IMG/VR virus record: IMGVR_UViG_2541047942_000003 | Span: 1-32,640 of that record | Length of the DNA: 32,640 nucleotides | Direction: 5' to 3' (one strand) | Source of the DNA: a virus | Lineage: Duplodnaviria > Heunggongvirae > Uroviricota > Caudoviricetes | Shown here: positions 1 through 7,614 of the stretch, one piece after another | Numbering within the stretch: the stretch's first letter is position 1 | How the letters are laid out: the number at the start of each line of letters is the position of its first letter | The notes under the pieces: model-generated | Told to the model about the DNA's origin: nothing | Databases searched by the model: none | Seen by the model: the letters and a program-made list of their open reading frames with translations, nothing else | Made by a program: the position numbers and the translations under genes

Positions 1-29
1 TTAATTTCGATTATTTTTCCCGGATGGAA

Positions 30-84
30 AATTCTTAGAAACCGATCACATACAGCTGCATTTATTAAGGTTATCATCCGTTTC
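30..84 (+). promoter_or_regulatory. Putative cyaR promoter region with a CRP-like half-site (TCACA at 46-50) and a -10-like TATCAT at 72-77
   Basis: Lies immediately 5' of the cyaR-like sequence; motifs read directly from the DNA. CRP dependence is recalled knowledge about CyaR, not shown here. Confidence 0.3.
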
Positions 85-171
85 GCTGAAAAACATAACC
101 CATAAAATGCTAGCTGTACCAGGAACCACCTCCTTAGCCTGTGTAATCTCCCTTACACGGGCTTATTTTTT
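85..171 (+). ncRNA. cyaR: CyaR (RyeE)-like Hfq-dependent small RNA; its 3' terminator hairpin and U-tract overlap the prophage att core
   Basis: Sequence GCTGAAAAACATAACCCATAAAATGCTAGCTGTACCAGGAACCACCTCCTTAGCC...CTTATTTTTT matches my recollection of E. coli CyaR, including the CACCTCCTTAG anti-SD element and a terminal hairpin (GTGTAA/TTACAC) followed by a T-run. Identified from memory, not by search. Confidence 0.55.
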
Positions 172-172
172 A
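145..172. repeat. attR core: 28-bp direct repeat AATCTCCCTTACACGGGCTTATTTTTTA, reconstituting the cyaR 3' end
   Basis: Exact copy at 32138-32165; agrees with my recollection of the P2 attP/attB core (AAAAAATAAGCCCGTGTAAGGGAGATT on the other strand). Confidence 0.8.
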
Positions 173-235
173 CGCGTAATACAATGAAATAAAAGGATTT
201 ATTTCTGGTCACGTCCACACATTGACCACATCGAC

Positions 236-266
236 AAAAAAGCCCCTCGACTGAGGGGCTATTTTT
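236..266 (-). terminator. Bidirectional rho-independent terminator downstream of ogr
   Basis: 8-bp GC-rich stem (AGCCCCTC / GAGGGGCT) with a 4-nt loop, flanked by an A5 run and a T5 run. Confidence 0.6.
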
Positions 267-270
267 GTGA

Positions 271-489
271 TCACATCCACATAATTTGCTGCCCTGACGG
301 CAACGGGTGCGGCCTCACGGCGTGGACTTCTCCCGGCTTCACGATGTATCGCTGTACCGACTCATAAGTGATGAACGTGGCGCTGCAATTCACGTTCTGA
401 CACTGGTGATAACGCTCTTTTGTCGTGTCAGTGATATAGCGACTTGTACGCGCATGTGCGGCATGCTGGCATAAAGGACAATGAAACAT
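271..489 (-). CDS. ogr: Ogr late-gene transcriptional activator (zinc finger), 72 aa
   Basis: Translation MFHCPLCQHAAHARTSRYITDTTKERYHQCQNVNCSATF... with a Cys4 zinc-binding pattern. The true start is the internal ATG at 487-489; the 93-aa track ORF is an upstream extension. Confidence 0.9.
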   Translation of the reverse strand: MFHCPLCQHAAHARTSRYITDTTKERYHQCQNVNCSATFITYESVQRYIVKPGEVHAVRPHPLPSGQQIMWM

Positions 490-570
490 CGCGAGCACCT
501 CTTCCGGTTTTGTTGATGGTGTCATTTTAGTTAATTTATCCTTATAAAACAAACAGATAAAATAAAAATA

Positions 571-1734
571 TCACTCATCATCTTCTGTTTCGTACTCCAC
601 ATCAGAAAGCCTGACCTCAAGCTCTAAGGACGTCGTGAAGCCGCTATTATTCAGAAAATGTGTCACCTTAGTGATGGTCCAGTCCTGCTCGTCTATGACG
701 CGCTTAAAGCCTGACACTTTAACCGGCGTTTCCGTGTAAATATCTGCCCGACCAGTGGCAAGGCTGATGGAGAACTCCGCAACGCCCCGTTGCAGTTTGT
801 CCCACTTCGCCTGAGCGGCGCGCATAGCCTGCGCTTTCGTGGCATATACCGTGGTCAGGGCAAAAACGTTATCAGCCTCACCAGCCATGTATTCACCTTC
901 GCGCGCTTCCGGTACTTTTGGCGCTTTCTTCTGCGTGACTGGTTTCGCTTTCGGGTGCTCCAGTGCGCGCAGGTGTTTCTCTTTCTTTTTGCGTTTCAGT
1001 TTTACCTTCTGCTTTTGCGGCTTCGGGTCTTTGGTGTGTAACCACTTTGCCGTTACGCCGGTATAGGCTCCACGGTCAGCAATCGCAAAATGATGGCGGT
1101 CGCCGTCGCTGCGGGTTATGGTGACCTGCGGGATTTTTTTACCACTGGCCGTCACCCCCTGCCCCGCTTTGAGAAACAACAGTTTTCCCATTTTTACCGA
1201 CACCTCACCGCCGTTGCGTTCTGCAAGACGGGTCAGGAATTTCGCATCAGACTCCTGCGACTGGTCGATGTGCGGGATTTTAATTCCGGCCAGTGACGGA
1301 GCAACACTGGCTTCCAGCCTGTTACGGGAGGCTATCGCCTCAACAATCGCACCGAGCGTGGTGTCATGCCATGAGCCTTCACGGCGGGAATTGAGCGTCC
1401 CGCGAAAATCTGCACTTCGGGCGCGGATGGTAACCACATCCGGCGCGCCCCGGTGTTCAACCTCATCAACGGTAAATTTCCCTTTGCATACCAGGGCAAA
1501 ACCTTTCCAGCCGATATACACCGTCAGGACAGCGCCACGAACCGGTAGCCCTACCTGCCCGTCGGCATCGTTCAGTTCAATATCAAGCTGGTCAGCCTCA
1601 AAGCCCCGGTTATCCGTCAGAGTCATGCTCATCAGACGGTCGCTGATATTGCCGGTAATATCCCTGCTGTCGAGCATCAGCATGTAATCCGGCGTCAGCG
1701 TACTGCCTGCATCAAATGTCAGTGCATCCAGCAT
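571..1734 (-). CDS. D: Tail protein gpD (late control D)
   Basis: 387-aa translation matches P2 gpD; the start overlaps the U stop. Confidence 0.9.
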   Translation of the reverse strand: MLDALTFDAGSTLTPDYMLMLDSRDITGNISDRLMSMTLTDNRGFEADQLDIELNDADGQVGLPVRGAVLTVYIGWKGFALVCKGKFTVDEVEHRGAPDVVTIRARSADFRGTLNSRREGSWHDTTLGAIVEAIASRNRLEASVAPSLAGIKIPHIDQSQESDAKFLTRLAERNGGEVSVKMGKLLFLKAGQGVTASGKKIPQVTITRSDGDRHHFAIADRGAYTGVTAKWLHTKDPKPQKQKVKLKRKKKEKHLRALEHPKAKPVTQKKAPKVPEAREGEYMAGEADNVFALTTVYATKAQAMRAAQAKWDKLQRGVAEFSISLATGRADIYTETPVKVSGFKRVIDEQDWTITKVTHFLNNSGFTTSLELEVRLSDVEYETEDDE

Positions 1735-2213
1735 TATCCCGCCCCCGTCATACCCGTGAATCTGGTCGCCATACTGCCAGCTTTACCGATGAGCGATTCC
1801 GCCTGTTTACCGATATCGCCATAAAGCGCGGCCAGTGATTCATCAACGCGGGTGAGCGACAGCGTAAAATCAATTTTCCGGGGTGTGCCGTCTGCAAAGA
1901 AAATACTCCCTGTTTCACTCACCCTGCTGATGACATACATGCCGTAAATCATGCCGGTGCCATCCAGCAACGGCCACGCCCGGCCTTCCTCTGCCATCAG
2001 CCTGAGCGTGGTCATCGTCAGCTTGCCGCCGGTCAGTTCGGGATAAAGCACACCGGCCAGCGTCATGTTTTCCTCACCCACACCGAGAAACTGGTAGGCA
2101 TCCCGTTTACCGATACGGGAATTTGACGGCCAGCGATAATCTGATTCACGCTGCATGGTCTGGTGTGGCAACGTCTGGCGCATAAAAACAAACATACCTA
2201 ACGCGAGCATCAT
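1734..2213 (-). CDS. U: Tail protein gpU
   Basis: 159-aa translation; position between T and D; P2 gpU-like sequence. Confidence 0.9.
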   Translation of the reverse strand: MMLALGMFVFMRQTLPHQTMQRESDYRWPSNSRIGKRDAYQFLGVGEENMTLAGVLYPELTGGKLTMTTLRLMAEEGRAWPLLDGTGMIYGMYVISRVSETGSIFFADGTPRKIDFTLSLTRVDESLAALYGDIGKQAESLIGKAGSMATRFTGMTGAG

Positions 2214-2227
2214 TTTTCGTCACCTCC

Positions 2228-4675
2228 TTAACCGTCATGCATCATGCTGGCACGGGCGCGCGCACGTTTATCCCGCTCGTATTTTTCGAGCGCATCCTGT
2301 AACTGGCGGTCAAGCTGTGTCCCCGGCGCAGTACCACCCGTCAGGCTGATGTGATATTCGTTTTTACTCTGGTCCACATAAGAGCGGCCAGCCGGTGCCG
2401 TGACCGGCTGATAAGCCTGATAGCCTGCATAAGAACTGGTCGCCGGAATATAACCACCGGTGCCATACGTGGCGGCATGAGTTCTGGCGGCGGTCTGGTC
2501 AAGTGTGTCTGACTCTTTGTTGATAACACCGAGTTTTTCCAGTACCCAGTCAATACCACTGCGCAGTTTGTTGAACGCATTAAGCGGCAGCATCAGCGCG
2601 TCAGCCAGTGCCTGCCCGAACATGACGCCCGTGTCACGGCAACGGTTCAGGGTGTCCTGGGTGGCTTTAACCGGGGCAATCAGGTTTTTAAACCACTGCC
2701 ACGCGGCCTGTAACTTTTCGCCCAGCCAGTCAAACACCGGCTTCAGTGGCGTGAACAGTTCCCCCACCGGCGCAAATGCCGCTTTCAGCCCTTCAACCAC
2801 ACCGCCAAAGAATGCGCTGACAGGCTCCCAGTATTTACGGATAAGTAACGCCCCGGCGACAATGGCGGCCACCACAGCCACAACCGGCCAGCTAATCGCC
2901 CCGATGGCCGTCATAACAGCACTGCCAACCGTCGTGAAGATTGCCCCCATTGCGCCTGCTGCCGCGATGATGGCATTAATGCCGGTGATAACCGGCCAGG
3001 CTACAAGACCAATTGCACCGATGATGCCAATAAGCGCCAGTGCGCCACCGACAATGAGGCCGATGGTTGACGCCAGTGATTTGTTTTTCTGGATCCAGCC
3101 GTCGAGTTTTAACACATACTTTGTGGCCGTCTGAGTGAGCTTACGCAGTGCGCCTTCCTGCTGGTCAAACAGGTCAGTCCCCACCGCCTCATAAGCGGAC
3201 TGAAACTCCTTAAAGTCACCGCCGAGGTTGTCCTGCATGATTTTAACCAGCTCTTCCGTTTTACCGTCCGAGGCTTTCAGCGTGGCGGTCAGCGTATCCA
3301 GTTTTCCGCTTGCTGCCGCTGCCAGTAAAACGTTCGCTGATTTCAGTGCTTCCTCACCAAAAATGGTTTTAAGGTATTCCCCCTTCTGAGACGTTCCCAG
3401 CTTGTGTTTATCAAAGCTGGCCTGAATCTCTTTCAGAATGGTGAACAACGGGCGCATATTTCCCTTTTTGTCCGAGGTTTTAACGCCAAGCTCTTTGAGT
3501 GCATCCCATGCTTTCCCTGTCGGAGCCTGTAATCGGGTGACAACGGCACTGCTACCCGTACCCGCCATTGACCCCCTGATGTTATTGTCATGCAGCACAC
3601 CTGTCATGGCCGCTGCCTGCTCAAGACTTACACCTGCCGTCCTCGCAACCGGCCCGAGGTAAGTCAGTGCATCACTGAGCCCCTGAAAATCAGCCGCCGA
3701 CTTATTCATCGTTGCCGACAACACGTCGCCCACATGGCTGACATCATCATTTGACAGTTGAAAGGATGCCTTAGTCCCCAGCAACAGTTGCGCGTTTTCT
3801 TCCATCGACCGCTGATTCGCCAGTGCCATATTCAGCGTGACCGGCGTTGCCGCCTGAATAGCCGCAGCATCTCCACCCGCTTTCGCAATGATAATCTGCG
3901 CACCGGCCGCATCATCCGCCGAGGCGGCGGTATTATCGCCGAGCTGGCGCGCCTGCTTGCGTAGTGCAGCCATTTCGGCGGAGTCTTTTGCCACTCCGAG
4001 CACGGCCTGCAATTCTGAGTTTTTCTGCGCAAACTCATAACCGGGCATCAGCAACTTAACTCCGGCCATCGTTCCCGCCGCCGCAATCCCCACACCGGCA
4101 GCGCCCACCGAGGCCATATTTCCGGCCAGTTCCTTTCCGGCCTGATAACGCTGTTTTACTGCGTTAAGTTTTGCCTGTTGCGCACTGACACGCGCCAGCG
4201 CATCACGCTGACGGTTAAGCTGTGCAGTGGTTTCACCGATACGGTTTTTCAGTCCCTGCTCGTCATGTGCAAGATTGCGGGTATTAATTCCCACAGCGGC
4301 CAGCTCCCGCTGCTGGCGTTTAACGGAATCCGTCAGGCGGTTATATTTCGCCTGTAAGTCCTCCGCCGCTCGCTTTGCGGATTCCAGCACTTTCGCCTGA
4401 GCACGGGTCGGACGTTCGGTATTTTTAAACTGTGTGGCAAGGGCTTCGGCTTCCAGCCGTGCCTTTTCAAGTGCATGACCAGTCACGGCAAGCTGTGCAC
4501 TGGTCTTGCGGAATCCCTCAATACGGGATGCGTGACCGTTCAGCTCGCGCAGTGATTTTTGTGTTTCCCGGATATCCCCCGACAGCGACTTACTCGCTGT
4601 GCGGATGGATTTAAACGGGCGGGATGCCTGGTCAACAGCCCTGAGCAATACCTGTAATTTTACATTGTTACTCAT
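2228..4675 (-). CDS. T: Tail tape measure protein gpT
   Basis: 815 aa, coiled-coil and Ala/Gly-rich hydrophobic stretches typical of tape measure proteins; synteny downstream of E/E'. Confidence 0.9.
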   Translation of the reverse strand: MSNNVKLQVLLRAVDQASRPFKSIRTASKSLSGDIRETQKSLRELNGHASRIEGFRKTSAQLAVTGHALEKARLEAEALATQFKNTERPTRAQAKVLESAKRAAEDLQAKYNRLTDSVKRQQRELAAVGINTRNLAHDEQGLKNRIGETTAQLNRQRDALARVSAQQAKLNAVKQRYQAGKELAGNMASVGAAGVGIAAAGTMAGVKLLMPGYEFAQKNSELQAVLGVAKDSAEMAALRKQARQLGDNTAASADDAAGAQIIIAKAGGDAAAIQAATPVTLNMALANQRSMEENAQLLLGTKASFQLSNDDVSHVGDVLSATMNKSAADFQGLSDALTYLGPVARTAGVSLEQAAAMTGVLHDNNIRGSMAGTGSSAVVTRLQAPTGKAWDALKELGVKTSDKKGNMRPLFTILKEIQASFDKHKLGTSQKGEYLKTIFGEEALKSANVLLAAAASGKLDTLTATLKASDGKTEELVKIMQDNLGGDFKEFQSAYEAVGTDLFDQQEGALRKLTQTATKYVLKLDGWIQKNKSLASTIGLIVGGALALIGIIGAIGLVAWPVITGINAIIAAAGAMGAIFTTVGSAVMTAIGAISWPVVAVVAAIVAGALLIRKYWEPVSAFFGGVVEGLKAAFAPVGELFTPLKPVFDWLGEKLQAAWQWFKNLIAPVKATQDTLNRCRDTGVMFGQALADALMLPLNAFNKLRSGIDWVLEKLGVINKESDTLDQTAARTHAATYGTGGYIPATSSYAGYQAYQPVTAPAGRSYVDQSKNEYHISLTGGTAPGTQLDRQLQDALEKYERDKRARARASMMHDG

Positions 4676-4847
4676 TCGTGTTTCCGCTTCGCCGGAGCGC
4701 CTTTTCGCGCCATGTGATGAGTTCGGTCAGACTCATGGGATACAGTTCTGATGGCGGCCAGTGAAATATCACTGCCACATCCGCCATCAGGTCATCGACC
4801 GACAGATTTTTCGGGAACGTCACTGCACCGAGTTCGGCGACAAAAAA
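4632..4847 (-). CDS. E': E' extension of the gpE+E' fusion, reached by a programmed -1 frameshift at the TTTTTTG heptamer (4841-4847, minus strand)
   Basis: Slippery heptamer in the last codons of E; the -1 frame is open from there to a TGA at 4632-4634 (hand translation), overlapping the T start at 4675. Confidence 0.6.
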
Positions 4848-5095
4848 CCGACCACCTTACCGGCCAGCGCCACAAGGTCAGGCAGTTCCAGCGCGGCGAC
4901 CTCCTGCTCGGTCAGCATCGGTGCCGTCATGCGCGGCAGCACTTTAATCAGTGCATCGACTTCGGAGTTTGCGACCGCAGCCAGACTGACACCGCGCAGC
5001 GTCCCGGCATTAGGTTTCATCAGCGTGACCTGTTCGATAACCTGTTCACCACGTTTAACCGGATTATCCAGGGTAATGACGTTTTCTTTGTTCAT
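4820..5095 (-). CDS. E: Tail assembly chaperone gpE
   Basis: 91-aa translation MNKENVITLDNPVKRGEQVIEQVTLMKPNAGTLRG... matches P2 gpE; ends ...GFLSPNSVQ with a TGA at 4820-4822. Confidence 0.88.
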   Translation of the reverse strand: MNKENVITLDNPVKRGEQVIEQVTLMKPNAGTLRGVSLAAVANSEVDALIKVLPRMTAPMLTEQEVAALELPDLVALAGKVVGFLSPNSVQ

Positions 5096-5151
5096 GGTTT
5101 TCTCACTTCTGAATCGGGGTTAACCGGTCAGCCAGGCTGACCGGATGAAAA

Positions 5152-5670
5152 TCACAGGCCGATATTGCGGCGGTGTTGCTCCAGCCGGTCGACGCCGTTC
5201 ACCTTCTCAATCATGTTGATGGTGTCGATTTCGACCAGCTCCTTACCGTCCATCGTCAGCCGGAAATAGGTGCAGACCACGGAGATTTTCGACTCGGTGT
5301 CTTCTCCTTGTTTACCCTCGCCGGTGTCGATTTCTTTCTGACGGCCACGCATGACCACCTCGACGGCCACCGTTTCGCCGGTATCGTCGCGCTGGTAAGA
5401 ACCGGCAAAACGAATCGGCACAGCATCCACACCGGTTGCGGCGTAAAGCTCCCAGATAACCGAATCCGGGAAGCCCCCGAGCGACCACTCCATTGACAGC
5501 GCATCGTCATCAAGGCCGAGGTCTACCGGTGCGCTGCCGTTCATTCCCGCACCGCGATAGTTTTCGAGCTTACGGGTCAGTTTTGGCAGCGTGATGGACT
5601 TTGCAACGCCCTGATAGCTGTAGCCGTTCAGAAAGACGTTCATTAACTTGAGTTTGCGCGGCATTGCCAT
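5152..5670 (-). CDS. FII: Major tail tube protein gpFII
   Basis: 172-aa translation matches P2 FII; synteny. Confidence 0.9.
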   Translation of the reverse strand: MAMPRKLKLMNVFLNGYSYQGVAKSITLPKLTRKLENYRGAGMNGSAPVDLGLDDDALSMEWSLGGFPDSVIWELYAATGVDAVPIRFAGSYQRDDTGETVAVEVVMRGRQKEIDTGEGKQGEDTESKISVVCTYFRLTMDGKELVEIDTINMIEKVNGVDRLEQHRRNIGL

Positions 5671-5682
5671 CGGTCAGGCTCC

Positions 5683-6873
5683 TTAATTGCTGTTAACCGA
5701 AGTGACCAGATTTGCCAGGTATTTATCGGTAATACGCTGGCGCAGGGTCAGGTTTTCGAGAGGAGGCACCGGTGTATAGTCGTAGTCGATATACAGTTTT
5801 CCGGCCTTGAGGGTTTCCGCATCGTTGGATTCTTCGCTGAACCAGCAGGTCGCATCCACGATATAGCCGTTTGTTTTCAGCTCACGGAATTTGGCATTGA
5901 TGCCGTCAACGATGTCGCGAATCAGCGTTGCGGTGATGGGCTTGTCCACCGCCCACATGTGCGCCTCAGCCATCGTGTCGGCCAGCACCTGCGCGGTGCG
6001 GGTGTAGTTTTCAAAGAGGAACAGCGGGTCATCAGAGCAGGTACGGTTACCCCAGAATCGGAAACCGTCGCGGCGAATCAGCGTAGTGACACCTGACTCG
6101 TTAAGCAGGTCAGCATCGGTGCCGGACTCCTGCAAATCCCAGAATACAGATGCGCTGATGCCGGTAACACCGTTTACCCCGACGTTGGACAGCGTTTTAT
6201 GCCAGCCCTGCTCCTGGTCGATTTTAGCGCGCAGACCCAGTGCACGGGCGGTGGCATACGCGGTGGCGGTGGTACTGGTGACCGTATCCCATGCGAGGAA
6301 ATCCGGCCAGATGACCATCAGCTCACGCTGGCTGAAATTCTGACGGTAGGCTTTCACCTCGGAAATGGTTTTACAGCCCCATGCGCTGATATACCCGAAA
6401 GCGCGCAACTTCTGACAGACTGATGCCAGTGCAACAGCCACCTCTTTGGTATCCAGTCCCGGTACGCCGAGAATACGCGGTTTAACGCCGGTAACCGACT
6501 CAGCGCCCATCAGGGCTTTCAGTCCGGTGTACTGACCGTTTTCGTCGGTGGTGCCGATGATATTGGAAACGGTCTGCGCGAGTTTCGTTTCCTCGTCGTC
6601 GCCGGTGCCGTCTTCCACACGCACAACAACGGTGACCGGTTTTGACTGGTCGGCGATGGCCTGCAACGATGCCGCCAGCGTGCCTTTTTTACCGGCCTTT
6701 GCAATTACACTCTGCACATTGGTAATCAGCACCGGTTTATTGAGGGGGAAGGTTTCCGCATCCGCATCGCTGGCCGTGCAGACCATGCCGACAATGGCAG
6801 TGGATACGGTGGAAATGACACGTGTGCCGTCGTTAATCTCCAGCACCTGCACGCCGTGATGATAGTCACTCAT
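5683..6873 (-). CDS. FI: Contractile tail sheath protein gpFI
   Basis: 396-aa translation matches P2 FI; synteny. Confidence 0.9.
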   Translation of the reverse strand: MSDYHHGVQVLEINDGTRVISTVSTAIVGMVCTASDADAETFPLNKPVLITNVQSVIAKAGKKGTLAASLQAIADQSKPVTVVVRVEDGTGDDEETKLAQTVSNIIGTTDENGQYTGLKALMGAESVTGVKPRILGVPGLDTKEVAVALASVCQKLRAFGYISAWGCKTISEVKAYRQNFSQRELMVIWPDFLAWDTVTSTTATAYATARALGLRAKIDQEQGWHKTLSNVGVNGVTGISASVFWDLQESGTDADLLNESGVTTLIRRDGFRFWGNRTCSDDPLFLFENYTRTAQVLADTMAEAHMWAVDKPITATLIRDIVDGINAKFRELKTNGYIVDATCWFSEESNDAETLKAGKLYIDYDYTPVPPLENLTLRQRITDKYLANLVTSVNSN

Positions 6874-6970
6874 CCGTTTAACTCCGTGGTTAATGGGTGA
6901 GTGGTATTTTCAGTTGTGCAGGGCATGAGATGCTATTTGACCTGGCTGGTCAGGGGATGAAACAACAGAT

Positions 6971-6995
6971 AAAAAAGGCGGGCAATCAGCCCGCC
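6971..6995 (-). terminator. Rho-independent terminator at the end of the V-W-J-I-H-G operon
   Basis: Stem GGCGGGC / GCCCGCC with a 5-nt loop, followed on the minus strand by a T6 tract (A6 on plus at 6971-6976). Confidence 0.55.
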
Positions 6996-7203
6996 TGTAT
7001 TTATTGCGGTATTTCCGACCATTCAGGATTTGCAGGATCCACACGACCAGAAAGACAGCTACTGATTAATCAGGCCAATAAATACATGAACAGTAAGCAA
7101 TAGCCCGGCAGGTCTGAGGTACTGGCGCAATATAATTTGTGGCTGGATTACCTGTACGCACCGGAGCGGTCCGATACTTCCGGTGCGTCAGATATTGAAT
7201 GGC

Positions 7204-7614
7204 CTACGCCTCCTGCAGTTCAGGCCAGATGACATCCGGTGCGGTGCTGGTATCTGTTGCCGTCACAGCGTCGATATAATCCAGCACAACGTTAAGTCGG
7301 GTAGTTTCTTCTTGCGTCAGTTTGCGCCCGGCCTGCAGCTTTAACTGAATCACGCTGATATTGACCATTGCTGCGTCTATCAACGACTGTTTTTTCTGTT
7401 CAGCGTCAGCTACCAGTTCATCATGAGAACGTTCCGGAGGGAGCGGCGCAGTAAATACCCCGTCTGAATACGCCCAGCCGATTCCGGGCTGCTCACTGAT
7501 ATCAGAAATATTAATGAGCTGCTGATCATCCGGCACTGTGAATTCATCCTCGCCATCCCAGACAATGACATTCACAACCATCCCATTTTCAATAACTGCA
7601 TATGACGCATTCAT
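7204..7614 (-). CDS. G: Tail fiber assembly protein gpG, 136 aa
   Basis: Translation MNASYAVIENGMVVNVIVWDG... is a typical tail fiber assembly chaperone. The start ATG at 7612-7614 overlaps the H stop TAA at 7614-7616; the track ORF start at 7638 is an upstream extension. Confidence 0.8.
   Translation of the reverse strand: MNASYAVIENGMVVNVIVWDGEDEFTVPDDQQLINISDISEQPGIGWAYSDGVFTAPLPPERSHDELVADAEQKKQSLIDAAMVNISVIQLKLQAGRKLTQEETTRLNVVLDYIDAVTATDTSTAPDVIWPELQEA

Noticed and set aside
130-175. tRNA gene as the integration target
   Set aside because: No cloverleaf-compatible sequence; the att core matches the 3' end of the cyaR-like sRNA instead.
1118-1687. 189-aa + strand ORF (also 790-1041, 839-1066, 1090-1296) inside gene D
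   Set aside because: Antisense to a well-supported structural gene; no recognisable protein features; typical shadow ORFs in GC-rich coding DNA.
2505-3134. 209-aa + strand ORF inside the tape measure gene
   Set aside because: Antisense shadow of T; Ala/Ser/Thr-rich low-complexity translation.
6897-7103. 68-aa + strand ORF in the G-FI intergenic region
   Set aside because: Spans the terminator hairpin, has no RBS, and lies in a region expected to hold the FI late promoter; not a Z/fun-type gene.
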